Origin: a virus
Lineage: Duplodnaviria > Caudoviricetes
Reading direction: 5' to 3' (one strand)
IMG/VR virus record: IMGVR_UViG_3300032070_000007
Location: 2,892 to 66,891 of that record
Length of the DNA stretch: 64,000 nt
The position numbers were made by a program, and so were the translations under genes. The notes beneath the pieces are model-generated. The model had not been told where the DNA came from. It searched no databases and saw only the letters and a list, made by a program, of their open reading frames with translations. Of this stretch, positions 28,442 through 38,023 are shown one piece after another; position 1 is the stretch's first letter; every line of letters begins with the position of its first letter.

Positions 28442-29047
28442 CTAATACACCTGCATTTGTGACCCTTGACTAAGCTTAATGGTTATCTTGACTACACCTG
28501 GTGTTTGTGGTTCGGGGTCAAACGAATCCATTAGATAGCTACCGTCATAGAAAGCGTCTACGGAAGTAACTACCACAACAGTATGTGCCATTTCCCTAAG
28601 TGGAACAATATATGTAGACAGTAATACTGCATTTGTAACTCCTGGCGAAAACAGATAGGCTTCTAGTTCAACTGTCCTTAACCCTTTACCTGGTGAAATC
28701 ACCAATGGCAACACATTAGAGGGCAACGCACGTGCCTTCGTTTCAGACGGATTCTTTTCCTTGAACTTATGCGGATACTGTGGAAGCGTAACTGTTAGGA
28801 ATACATAAGTCACGCCTGATACTATTTGTGCTGTAAATGCAGGCGAGACAGTAAATGTTCCTGTTGATTGCTTCCAGCTTACTACTATACGTTTTTGACC
28901 ATTGCAGGTACCACTAGTGATCTTCAAGACCATACCGGTGAAGTATCTGTCAGCTTCTGACCTTCCTGTCTGAATTAATGTCGTACCACCTGCATTTCCA
29001 TTAGCATTGGTCGTTCCAGTAGCAGTTGAACCTATTACAAAACTCAT
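28442..29047 (-). CDS. distal tail protein-like
   Basis: Position between tape measure and tail tip genes. Confidence 0.5.
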   Translation of the reverse strand: MSFVIGSTATGTTNANGNAGGTTLIQTGRSEADRYFTGMVLKITSGTCNGQKRIVVSWKQSTGTFTVSPAFTAQIVSGVTYVFLTVTLPQYPHKFKEKNPSETKARALPSNVLPLVISPGKGLRTVELEAYLFSPGVTNAVLLSTYIVPLREMAHTVVVVTSVDAFYDGSYLMDSFDPEPQTPGVVKITIKLSQGSQMQVY

Positions 29048-32000
29048 GGACGTTTCCTCCTTATTCCTTCGGCAATTTTCTTATTCACAATGTCGCCTAA
29101 CCTCTCAGCATCCAGCTCGGTACTGAGTGTCCCGATTTCGAAGTTATTGGTAATAGAGATGATTTGTGGCGTAGTGGTAACTACATTCGCAACAGTACCT
29201 TCTTCAGGTGGACCATAGTCTCGAGTGGATTCAACTCTTTCTCCCTTCTCTAGCTGATAACGACCTGCTCTCGGTACCCTCGGAATACCAAACTGTCCGG
29301 AAGGTATCTTCTCAAGAGACTTCAGACTCTTTTCAATCATAGAAGTCTTCAGGTTCTTTTCAATCGTTTCGACTCTGCTTGCAACTTCTTTCTCGAACTT
29401 GGATACCTGAGTGAAAACGTTTTCTGAAGTTTTCGTATCCTTTTCAAGTTCGTGCGTTTTAGATTCCGAGACTCTCTGGATACCAAATTGCCCTTGTGTC
29501 GGTTCTTCCCAGATTTTCTCCCAGCCCTGTCTTAGCTTCACTATCCGTTCAGCTATTACTTCAACTGGCCCTTCTAGAGGTTGCTTAGCTGCTACTTCAG
29601 TATACTCTCGAGTTGCCTTGACTTTTTCACCCTTCTCAGATTTGTAATAGCTAGCTTTCGGAACACGTTGTACACCAAACTGTCCTTTTAATATGTGCGT
29701 CTGGAGCCAATGCTCTTTGATTACCTGTACTTGCCTGTCAATTTCTTTAAACTTGCTAACTAGCTCCTTTTGTTTTGATACTTTCGTAAGGACTGAGCCG
29801 ACATTAGCTAGTGCTAGCGAAATCAACATTTCAGGTTCTTCGACTATACCTTTAGCTGGTTCAGCTCCTTTCTCTGGCTTATAAGGCTCAGCTTTTCTTA
29901 CTCTCTGAACACCGAACTGCCCTTTCTGCATAGTTTGCAGCCACTCTTTCTCGAACGTCTGTATTTGTTTATCTATGACGCTCACACGCTCACGTAGTTT
30001 TTCCGGAACAATCTTTGCAGACCGTTTTGCAAGACCTACCGCTAAGCTAGCTGGACCGGATGTTTCTCTCCTTTTTTCTGGAACTATCGGAACTCCAAAC
30101 TGACCTTCCAGAACTTGTTCCTCTTTAAGCAGTTCCGTTCGTTTACTGCTCAGTTGCTTAGAGATGGCTTCTTCCAACCTAACTGTTTCTGCTTCTCTTG
30201 ACTTAAAGACTTCTTTAAGGACTTCTTTTGATTTAAGAGCTTCTTCAAAGACTTTCCGTCTAGAGATATCTTCAGTAGTTTTGGTTGCTTCATCTGTAGT
30301 AATTCTATGAACTCCAAACTGTCCTTCAGGTAACGTTACTGCTTTTAATGTCTTTGCAAAATCCTTGCCTGTCTTGCTTAAACGTTGCGTGAGCTTTTTC
30401 TTTTCCGGAGATTCCCGAACTTCCCTATAACGCTTTGTAAGCGTCGTTATAGATTCTTCTTCGGTTGGTCCGTAAGTTCCTACTGATTTAATCAGTTCAC
30501 CTTTCTCAAGCTGATATACGTTAGCTTTTGATGCCTTTTGTACACCAAACTGACCCTTTGGAGCTTCAATCCTCTCTCTTTTGATTGTTTCCATCTGCTT
30601 TGTTACAGTGTTGAAGTTTTGAACGAACTTCTCATTTTCCAATGACTTCTCCACATATTGCTTTACCAGAGTTATGACGGGTGCTTCCTTGACTGATCTG
30701 TATACTTCTTTTGCAGTGACGCTCTTTTCCAATTGACCAAGCTCTAGCACTCTTTGAATTCCGAACTGACCACTAGGAGTTGCTATTGTCGCTAATTGTA
30801 TTGCTAAATCCTTACCGATTTCACCTATACGCTGTACAAGTGGAGACTCTATGGGTTCTTCTTCAACTGGCCCATATGTTCTTGTCGCGATTACTTTCTC
30901 GCCTTTCTCAAGCTGATACTTACCCGTCTTTGGTACACGCTTGATTCCAAACTGCCCGCCATGCTCTGCTGCTTTCGGTTCAAGATAACCCGATTCTGTA
31001 GCAGGTGGAGTAGCAAGGCCGAGCCATCTCAAGAAACCTTCGATGGTACCTTTGATTTCGTTTAATCTCTCCAGGAATGAATCGAAGAAGGAGATTGTGT
31101 ATTTTTTGCCTGTTATATCTTCTAGGAACTGGAAGAATAGGCTTGTCTGCGTTCCTAATGCTGTCCACGCAATACCTGCAGTTATAAAGAAACCGCCGAA
31201 TACAGTTGCTAAGCTAGGGATAGTTGAGTAAATTATTGTTTCGCATGCTGTTAGTATGCCATCAATGATTCCATTAACGGTAGTTGCAGGTAACGCTATC
31301 TGTGCTATTGATGCTATTAATTCTGCAAAAGAAACTGCAGCTACTGCACCCATTACCCAGTTCAGTGCATTCATAGTTGAGTTTACATTACCTAATGATG
31401 TATCCAGTCCACCAATTGAATCTGTCAGATTACTAAGATTTAAGTTCGCCAGATCTGATATACTCTTATTCACATCACTCACTGAGCCGTCCATACCGTG
31501 GAACTTACCAGTAACATCATTAATGGAACCAATCAATTGATCATTTGTAGTAAAGAGTGAACCGGACATTGAGTCATAGTATCCGATGATATTACCTGTG
31601 CTATCTTTTACATCATTAGTAAGGGTATTAATAGTGTATATGATATTGCCATTTGCATCAGTAATTGTCCACTCCATCTTTGTAGCAGACGAACCTAGCT
31701 TATCGAAGCCCTTCGAAATATCCGTTGCCGATGCCGTTGCAGTTTGCGAAAGTCCCCACAATATGACTCCAAGTATCGCGAGAGTTGAAATTGTAGTCAC
31801 AATAGCCAGTTTCAGGTGATGCATTGCAACTGTATTTTTCACAGTCTGTACTAACCACCACTTCTTGGCTTCTGTAACAAAGTGAATCGTTGACCCAAGT
31901 ACTGTAAAGATTGGGCCTAAAACTGAACAGACCATTCCTAGCATTAGCATTACAGATACTAGTGGAATGATGATAGGTAAGAGCGGTCCCAGAGCAGATA

Positions 32001-32796
32001 ATAGTTGTGCAAGAACCGTTACAACCTGAATTATCATTGGTGCCATTCCAGCCAATGCGATAAACAGCTGGCCAACTGCTGTTGCCAAATTAGCCAATGC
32101 TACTTGTGCTCCTCTGGTAACAAGGAATTCACTAAGTACAGCTAATACTTTAGTTAAGGTAGGTATTAATGCAACTGCAAGTGATGTCTGTATGCTAGTC
32201 CAAACTGCCTGTAATCCTAACCACAAAGCCTCAACTGCTGGTCCTCGTGAAACTAATGTATCCATAGTATTAGACAAAAGCTTCTGAGTGTCTGATGTTG
32301 CAAGTCCCTGAGTCTCAAGCAACGCTAGCGCATACGCAACGTCCATTAATTTATCAGGCCAGTTAGCGGTAGCCTTTACGGCATCAGTGAAGTACTTAAC
32401 GAACTGTGATAGGGTACGAATTATCCTCTGTAAACTGAATGTAACGATGAAACCAGTGAAACCAACTTTTCTACCGAAACCCGATATTGCCTTACCTAGA
32501 CCTTCCCACTTTTTAACTCCAGCCATTTCTTGCTCTTGTTGCTTTTCCAACATATCAGTAAACATACTATAAGCTGGAGCTGTTCGTCTTACTGCATTAA
32601 GTTTTTCTGCCCAGACTGCACTGGACGCTCTAAAACCCTTTGTCTCATCGCCTAACGAAGCATTGTATTTACGTAATGCCGTGTCAGCAACCAAATACTG
32701 CTTGTAAAGTTTGGCTACTTTCTTTTCCACACCCGCTACTACTTCTGGATTATCCTCTACCCACTCCAGAATAATCTGCATTTTGTCTTCAGCCAT
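29044..32796 (-). CDS. tail tape measure protein
   Basis: 1250 aa, helical/hydrophobic Ala-Leu-rich N-half, follows tail tube and chaperone genes. Confidence 0.8.
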   Translation of the reverse strand: MAEDKMQIILEWVEDNPEVVAGVEKKVAKLYKQYLVADTALRKYNASLGDETKGFRASSAVWAEKLNAVRRTAPAYSMFTDMLEKQQEQEMAGVKKWEGLGKAISGFGRKVGFTGFIVTFSLQRIIRTLSQFVKYFTDAVKATANWPDKLMDVAYALALLETQGLATSDTQKLLSNTMDTLVSRGPAVEALWLGLQAVWTSIQTSLAVALIPTLTKVLAVLSEFLVTRGAQVALANLATAVGQLFIALAGMAPMIIQVVTVLAQLLSALGPLLPIIIPLVSVMLMLGMVCSVLGPIFTVLGSTIHFVTEAKKWWLVQTVKNTVAMHHLKLAIVTTISTLAILGVILWGLSQTATASATDISKGFDKLGSSATKMEWTITDANGNIIYTINTLTNDVKDSTGNIIGYYDSMSGSLFTTNDQLIGSINDVTGKFHGMDGSVSDVNKSISDLANLNLSNLTDSIGGLDTSLGNVNSTMNALNWVMGAVAAVSFAELIASIAQIALPATTVNGIIDGILTACETIIYSTIPSLATVFGGFFITAGIAWTALGTQTSLFFQFLEDITGKKYTISFFDSFLERLNEIKGTIEGFLRWLGLATPPATESGYLEPKAAEHGGQFGIKRVPKTGKYQLEKGEKVIATRTYGPVEEEPIESPLVQRIGEIGKDLAIQLATIATPSGQFGIQRVLELGQLEKSVTAKEVYRSVKEAPVITLVKQYVEKSLENEKFVQNFNTVTKQMETIKRERIEAPKGQFGVQKASKANVYQLEKGELIKSVGTYGPTEEESITTLTKRYREVRESPEKKKLTQRLSKTGKDFAKTLKAVTLPEGQFGVHRITTDEATKTTEDISRRKVFEEALKSKEVLKEVFKSREAETVRLEEAISKQLSSKRTELLKEEQVLEGQFGVPIVPEKRRETSGPASLAVGLAKRSAKIVPEKLRERVSVIDKQIQTFEKEWLQTMQKGQFGVQRVRKAEPYKPEKGAEPAKGIVEEPEMLISLALANVGSVLTKVSKQKELVSKFKEIDRQVQVIKEHWLQTHILKGQFGVQRVPKASYYKSEKGEKVKATREYTEVAAKQPLEGPVEVIAERIVKLRQGWEKIWEEPTQGQFGIQRVSESKTHELEKDTKTSENVFTQVSKFEKEVASRVETIEKNLKTSMIEKSLKSLEKIPSGQFGIPRVPRAGRYQLEKGERVESTRDYGPPEEGTVANVVTTTPQIISITNNFEIGTLSTELDAERLGDIVNKKIAEGIRRKRP
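29220..30965 (-). repeat. nine GQFG(I/V)xR-type repeats in the tape measure C-terminal half
   Basis: Counted in the translation, e.g. GQFGIKRVPKTGKYQLEKGE and GQFGIPRVPRAGRYQLEKGE. Confidence 0.85.
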
Positions 32797-32980
32797 ATTC
32801 TTCTTCCTCGATCTTATCCCTTACAGATTTAGATTTCTTCTTCACGGTAGCCCCTAAAACAGCTGCATCAAAGAAAAGTCTCTCTGCAGCCGACCCGTGA
32901 ACTTCTGCAATATCACAGGGTCGTTGCCCGAGAGTAACAGCAATTGCCCCAACCTGCCTACCTATCAGGCTATTCGCGAA
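32789..32980 (-). CDS. frameshift extension of the tail assembly chaperone (gpGT-like)
   Basis: +1 frame ORF with no convincing start of its own, running into the tape measure start. Confidence 0.6.
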   Translation of the reverse strand, partial: FANSLIGRQVGAIAVTLGQRPCDIAEVHGSAAERLFFDAAVLGATVKKKSKSVRDKIEEEEYG

Positions 32981-33383
32981 AGGTTTCGTTGTCTTTGAGA
33001 GCTTCAGTAGAGAAGCCTGAGAAGTCGGTGATGATTCCGAACAGTTCAAATTGGTCCTCTATTGGAATGTCGTCAACGTTGATTACAGTATCTGATGACG
33101 GGTCAGTAGACGATACCTTCGGGTCGATTATACAATTCGGCAGCGCATCCCGCATTGCGAGAATCAGCTTTTCGGTTTTTATCGGGTCTGAAAGTTGTCC
33201 TTTCAGATCCGATTGCATTACATCCATTTCTTTCGATATCTTCATGTCGATAGCGTTGAAGAACTTCGCCATAGCAGGCAGTGGCATTTTTCGAATCTTG
33301 TATATGTTTCCGGATTTACATGTTACGACTTTTGTGGATTTCTTTACCAGCTCACCGGCCGTTGTTGGTTTGTTTTCACTCAC
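32970..33383 (-). CDS. tail assembly chaperone (gpG-like)
   Basis: Between tail tube and tape measure genes; ends ACC TTT CGC GAA TAG. Confidence 0.7.
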   Translation of the reverse strand: MSENKPTTAGELVKKSTKVVTCKSGNIYKIRKMPLPAMAKFFNAIDMKISKEMDVMQSDLKGQLSDPIKTEKLILAMRDALPNCIIDPKVSSTDPSSDTVINVDDIPIEDQFELFGIITDFSGFSTEALKDNETFRE

Positions 33384-33395
33384 GTTTTCACCTCC

Positions 33396-34391
33396 TCATG
33401 CAGTTGCTATTTTGTTGATTAGTGTAGCAGCGAACAGATTTGACGAGCCTTCGACAGTTCCTTTGTAACCTTTGAAACTCACTGTCTGCATAATCTTGTC
33501 GCGCAGTTCTATGGGAGCGTCAACTGCTGTCAGTACAACTTTTGGTGCCTGTATCTTTAGTCGATAGTATGTATATTCTCCAGCTCCTCCAGTTACGTCA
33601 CCCGCGAAGTTCAAACTTAACGCAACTGCTGCAGGTGCTTGTATTGGTGCTGCATCGGCCTTGACTCCTGTCCAGAACATTCCTTGTGCATTCCAATCAG
33701 AGAACAACAGATCCATTTCACCTTCAAGTGTCCCTTCGCCAGGTGTAAAGCACTTCAGTAGGTAGTCCGTCATAGCATACATGTCGTCCGGAACCTTCCT
33801 CGCATAAGTCAAGCTTATGGCGTCAACACTTGCGATTTCGTCTGACTCTGCCAGATCCCAGTAAATCTTCCCATCTATAGCGAAGAAGGGTCTTACTGTG
33901 CTTACCGTACCTAATGCAGTGGCAGTAACCTTAGCGTCTTTCTGTGCTAGCATACTAAACGTTGCACTCAGTGGATCACCTGTACGTGCTTCAAATCTTC
34001 CACTAATTGGTATGCAACTCGTGAACTGATGTGCAGAAGCTACTACTGCGCATACGTCTGGTACTTTGTAGAATGTTCCAAACTTCAGCGTATCACTTGG
34101 CAAGAACACGTGCTTGTATCTGCCGCCTGCATCAGTGGATGTTGTTGGTGCACCCATAAGGTACTTAAGCATCTTGATTAGGTTGTCTGCGGAAGCGTAC
34201 ATCGCAATGTCTCCTACGCACTTATACTGACCCGGAGCCATATACTGTGGACCAGAGTATATCATGCTTGGCGCTGCGATGAACTCACGTTCTGGGTGCA
34301 GGCCTATGGAGCGAACGTCAAGAAAAGTGGTGGGTGGTGATACTGCCGTACCGAAGACTGTTTCATCAACTATAGCTAGATGTCTTGGCAT
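33396..34391 (-). CDS. tail tube protein, copy 2
   Basis: MPRHLAI.DETVFGT...; paralog of 34405-35409; typical synteny. Confidence 0.75.
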   Translation of the reverse strand: MPRHLAIVDETVFGTAVSPPTTFLDVRSIGLHPEREFIAAPSMIYSGPQYMAPGQYKCVGDIAMYASADNLIKMLKYLMGAPTTSTDAGGRYKHVFLPSDTLKFGTFYKVPDVCAVVASAHQFTSCIPISGRFEARTGDPLSATFSMLAQKDAKVTATALGTVSTVRPFFAIDGKIYWDLAESDEIASVDAISLTYARKVPDDMYAMTDYLLKCFTPGEGTLEGEMDLLFSDWNAQGMFWTGVKADAAPIQAPAAVALSLNFAGDVTGGAGEYTYYRLKIQAPKVVLTAVDAPIELRDKIMQTVSFKGYKGTVEGSSNLFAATLINKIATA

Positions 34392-34404
34392 TTAATCACC
34401 TCCC

Positions 34405-35409
34405 TTATGGTGCTGTGATCCTGTTTTGTAGTGTTGCAGACAGCAGGTTGGTACTACCCGAAACAGTTCCACGATATCCCTTGAAGCTTACAGTTTGCAT
34501 GATCTTATCGCGTAGTTCAATTGGTGCATCGACAGCGGTTAGAACTATGTTCGGACATAGTATGCGACAGCGGTATTTTAGAAGTACGGCTGGTGCCGGC
34601 AAAGCATCACCGTTGAGGTCGAGATCCAATGCAACTGGTACTGGCGCTTGTATTGGTCCTGCACCACTTGAAACTCCTGTCCAGAAGTATCCTTGCGCGT
34701 CCCAATCTGAGAACAGTAGATCCATTTCACCTTCCAAAGTTCCCTCGCCTGGCACAAAGCATTTGAGTAGATAGTCGGTCATTGCGTACATATCATCAGG
34801 TATCTTTCTCGTGTAGGTCAGACTTATAGCGTCAACGTTCGTTATTTCCGGAGTTTGACCTGGTTGAGCCCAATAGAGCTTTCCATCGATTGCGAAGAAT
34901 GGTCTTACGGTACTGACTGTTCCTAATGCTGTTGCTGTAACCTTTGCATCTTTTTGTCCGAGCATACTGAAAGTAGCACTAACTGGATCGCCTGTACGAG
35001 CTTCAATACGCATGCTGATTGGAATGCAGCTGATGAACTGATGTGCACTAACGACAGCAGCACACACATCTGGTACTTTGTAGTATGTTCCGAACTTTAG
35101 AGTATCAGAGGGTAAGAAAATGTGCGAATAGTTTCCTGTAGCTCCATCCTGCGCTGAAGTTGGCGTTCCACCAAATAGATGCTTGAACAGTTTCATTAAG
35201 TTGTCAGCAGATGCCCACATTGCGATATCGCCTACGCATTTGTACTGTCCAGGAGCCATGTATTGCGGACCGGAATAGATCATACTAGGTGCAGCAATGA
35301 ATTCTCTTTCTGGATGTAGGCCTATGGAGCGAACGTCAAGAAACGTTGTCGGCGGCGTCACTGGGGTTCCAAATACGGTCTCGTCTGCTATTGCTAGATG
35401 TCTTGGCAA
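34405..35409 (-). CDS. tail tube protein, copy 1 (TTG start)
   Basis: As above; GGAGGTGA RBS. Confidence 0.75.
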   Translation of the reverse strand: MPRHLAIADETVFGTPVTPPTTFLDVRSIGLHPEREFIAAPSMIYSGPQYMAPGQYKCVGDIAMWASADNLMKLFKHLFGGTPTSAQDGATGNYSHIFLPSDTLKFGTYYKVPDVCAAVVSAHQFISCIPISMRIEARTGDPVSATFSMLGQKDAKVTATALGTVSTVRPFFAIDGKLYWAQPGQTPEITNVDAISLTYTRKIPDDMYAMTDYLLKCFVPGEGTLEGEMDLLFSDWDAQGYFWTGVSSGAGPIQAPVPVALDLDLNGDALPAPAVLLKYRCRILCPNIVLTAVDAPIELRDKIMQTVSFKGYRGTVSGSTNLLSATLQNRITAP

Positions 35410-35569
35410 TTTCTTTCACCTCCTCTACAATTTCAAACTGGCCAGATTCGATCAATATTTCAGCTTTTTCTAGGGGTACTTCTTTAACTTCGCCTGGCAC
35501 GAAGTTAATGCCTTGTGCTTCACCAGCATAGGCCCCGTTGTATTTCACGAACACTTTGTCTTTCACCAT
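35336..35569 (-). CDS. small structural-module protein
   Basis: F.PGEVKEVP.E.AE.LI..G.FE pattern common in small virion proteins. Confidence 0.5.
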   Translation of the reverse strand: MVKDKVFVKYNGAYAGEAQGINFVPGEVKEVPLEKAEILIESGQFEIVEEVKEIAKTSSNSRRDRIWNPSDAADNVS

Positions 35570-35573
35570 TTTC

Positions 35574-36014
35574 TCATGTCCTTATTTTATGGACGATGAT
35601 ACGCAGTCCTATCCAGTGTCCCTCAACACCTTCACCAAGACCCCTCCAGTTGGGTATTATTTGTTGCGCTTCGAGACCACATGCTGTACTACTGAGGGTT
35701 CTATCTGCAATCAACGCGTCGTAGATTTTACCGACCAACTCGAGGAGTGTCATATAGCCTTGTTTGGGGTCAGGATCGTTGACCACTATTCCGAAATCAA
35801 AAACAAAGTCATTGATATCGGAAAGGAATGTTAGAGGCTTAACGTTTATTGGTAACGGGCAAACGTAGCAACTGGGGTAGTTATCGGGTGGGTATTTTTC
35901 GCCGTAAAAGACGTGACTGTTGAAGACTTTGTTTCCATCAGTGTCTTTTAGTCCATCAGCTAAGGTGACTAGTGCATCCCAGACTGCAACGTAATCAGCA
36001 TACCATGTGGTCAT
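35574..36014 (-). CDS. tail terminator / tail completion protein
   Basis: Size, synteny, YPSCYV and DRTL segments. Confidence 0.6.
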   Translation of the reverse strand: MTTWYADYVAVWDALVTLADGLKDTDGNKVFNSHVFYGEKYPPDNYPSCYVCPLPINVKPLTFLSDINDFVFDFGIVVNDPDPKQGYMTLLELVGKIYDALIADRTLSSTACGLEAQQIIPNWRGLGEGVEGHWIGLRIIVHKIRT

Positions 36015-36775
36015 GTGTGAAAACCTCGTTTAATTTCATCGAGAGTGAATTGGAGTGCTAGTGGTTTCAAAGCATTAATCATTTTTTGGCGGAAGTGGTG
36101 GGCTTTGATTCCGGGATGAGTACCAATATCTTTACGCTGTTGTGCTGCAACCTTTGCTAGATACTCTGCCCTACTCTCTATACTTTTACCAAAAACCGCA
36201 CTCTCCTGCTCCCTAGCTTTATGCTGAACAGCATGAGCCAATTCATGTCGTAGAGTAGCTTCTTTATGTGGTCCACCCATAGCAATCTCAATTGATCGAG
36301 TTTTAGTATCATACACCCCATAGGCTTCTATGTTGGGATATCCTGGAGTACGACTTTTGGCAAGGAGTATAGATTTACCAGGCAACTCTTTAATAGGCGT
36401 AGTTAGTGCAGCCCTTGCCTCTATAGCAGTGTATCCTCGATATTGGGCAGCTCTAAAAACCTGACGTCTCGGTGACATTTCTTTATTAACTAAACGTTTG
36501 CCAATTGCTGGTACATACCTACCCGTACTCTCCCCAGTACCTTCATCAACAAACATCGCATACGGAGCATCCCAATAAAACCTTACTGACCTCTCCGTCT
36601 GCTCACTCCTAAACGATGATTGGAGTTCTCCAGTTTTGCCCTTAGGAACTATCTCAACATTCAATCGGTTAGCTTCTTCAACTACCCTAGTAATCGCATT
36701 ATTAATGAGTGCACCCGGCTTTACATTAATCCACCGTACCTTTCCGCTCACGTTTAGGGTAAGTCGAGCACTCAT
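36011..36775 (-). CDS. HK97 gp10-like neck protein with inserted HExxH domain
   Basis: VP..KTGELQSS, APYAMFVDEGT and HPGIKA..F flank an insert containing LRHELAHAVQH. Confidence 0.7.
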   Translation of the reverse strand: MSARLTLNVSGKVRWINVKPGALINNAITRVVEEANRLNVEIVPKGKTGELQSSFRSEQTERSVRFYWDAPYAMFVDEGTGESTGRYVPAIGKRLVNKEMSPRRQVFRAAQYRGYTAIEARAALTTPIKELPGKSILLAKSRTPGYPNIEAYGVYDTKTRSIEIAMGGPHKEATLRHELAHAVQHKAREQESAVFGKSIESRAEYLAKVAAQQRKDIGTHPGIKAHHFRQKMINALKPLALQFTLDEIKRGFHT

Positions 36776-36810
36776 GTTGTCGCCTCTTTCTATTATGCGT
36801 TGATTGCTTA

Positions 36811-37299
36811 TTATATTTTGTTGTTTATCTGTTTAGCTTGTACTTCCTGTAGGGTATTATTAGTTATTATCCAGAACCGTATTTTAGGTAAAATTGTTTT
36901 CATCCAAGCCATTTCTTCATAAAACCTCTCTGTATCAATAATAAACCACACTTCCTCATATTGACGTAGATATCTAATACATTGTCCAATTCCGGTAGCG
37001 AAACAACTGTAACCATAGACGCCTCTACGTGTGTACTTGACCTCAACAGCTATTTTACTATCAATTATAATATCAGGTCTAGGACCTTTAATACTAACAT
37101 CACTATCATACGAGTACCATTCTGGCACTGCATCGTAACCTTGACTGATTAATTGAATAGTTACTTTACAAACAAGAACATCTTCATCAACAGCCTCGCA
37201 GAGACATTTCGAAAGCTTCCTCGTTTTCACCTGTATCCTGTCAAGTGCACTATTTAAAATAGTATTACATCTTTCTACCTTATTAACAGGTACTGGCAT
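36811..37299 (-). CDS. PD-(D/E)XK nuclease-like protein
   Basis: RPDIII...IAVEVK...GIGQC..Y. Confidence 0.7.
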   Translation of the reverse strand: MPVPVNKVERCNTILNSALDRIQVKTRKLSKCLCEAVDEDVLVCKVTIQLISQGYDAVPEWYSYDSDVSIKGPRPDIIIDSKIAVEVKYTRRGVYGYSCFATGIGQCIRYLRQYEEVWFIIDTERFYEEMAWMKTILPKIRFWIITNNTLQEVQAKQINNKI

Positions 37300-37318
37300 T
37301 TTAGTTACACCTTATAGT

Positions 37319-37699
37319 TTAGACTTCGTAATTCCCGTTCTGAACTTCAGTTATCAATGATATTGCGCTTCCGATTATGGGTCTATTTGCGACAGTTCCC
37401 CTCATTGCTAAGCCTAGAAAGTACCCTGCAAACCTCTCGTAAATCTGTAGGTTCATCATTACTGGAGCAGGTAACCTTCCTGCAGTTCTCTCATACATAG
37501 CTGCATACGCAAGATAGACTTGGTGACCAGCAATTGCAAGTACAGCATTATCAACAGATGCTACAGTCGCAACCTCTGATTTCTCAGCATCTACTTGCGC
37601 AGTCGCTAAGTCAATCCACCTCTGGATAACTTCCGGCTTAACCCTATCCTCAGATAGATTGTCTAAGTACTCTCTAACTGCCTTGATCTCAACAGTCAC
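37319..37699 (-). CDS. head-tail connector/adaptor
   Basis: Small helical protein; synteny. Confidence 0.5.
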   Translation of the reverse strand: MTVEIKAVREYLDNLSEDRVKPEVIQRWIDLATAQVDAEKSEVATVASVDNAVLAIAGHQVYLAYAAMYERTAGRLPAPVMMNLQIYERFAGYFLGLAMRGTVANRPIIGSAISLITEVQNGNYEV

Positions 37700-37709
37700 A
37701 TTATCCCTC

Positions 37710-38021
37710 CTATGCAGTTGGTTCCTTATCTACCACTTGCCAAACAAACTCTAGAGTATGTTCGACAACTCCAGCTTTTTCGAACACGAACATTCCATAG
37801 TAGGTACCGGGAGTAACGTTAAAGTCAGCAGCGATGGGTACGAAAGTGATTCTAGTGTCTGGATTAATGAAGGCGATTGTACAGCTTTTACCGTCAATAA
37901 TTTTGGTTGTTCTCGCTTTATTCCAGACGTATATTTTTCCAGTGCAGTCACTGTAGTTCACATTTTCAACTACCCCGGTGTATCCTCGACCGCAGTCTCC
38001 TTTTACTATTTCGAAACTCAT
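37710..38021 (-). CDS. BppU-like Ig-fold protein
   Basis: IVKGD...F.P..ADF..PGTY. Confidence 0.55.
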   Translation of the reverse strand: MSFEIVKGDCGRGYTGVVENVNYSDCTGKIYVWNKARTTKIIDGKSCTIAFINPDTRITFVPIAADFNVTPGTYYGMFVFEKAGVVEHTLEFVWQVVDKEPTA

Positions 38022-38023
38022 TT

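Noticed and set aside
33396-35409. Diversity-generating retroelement TR/VR pair
   Set aside because: No reverse transcriptase; both copies are full genes and the differences are not adenine-specific
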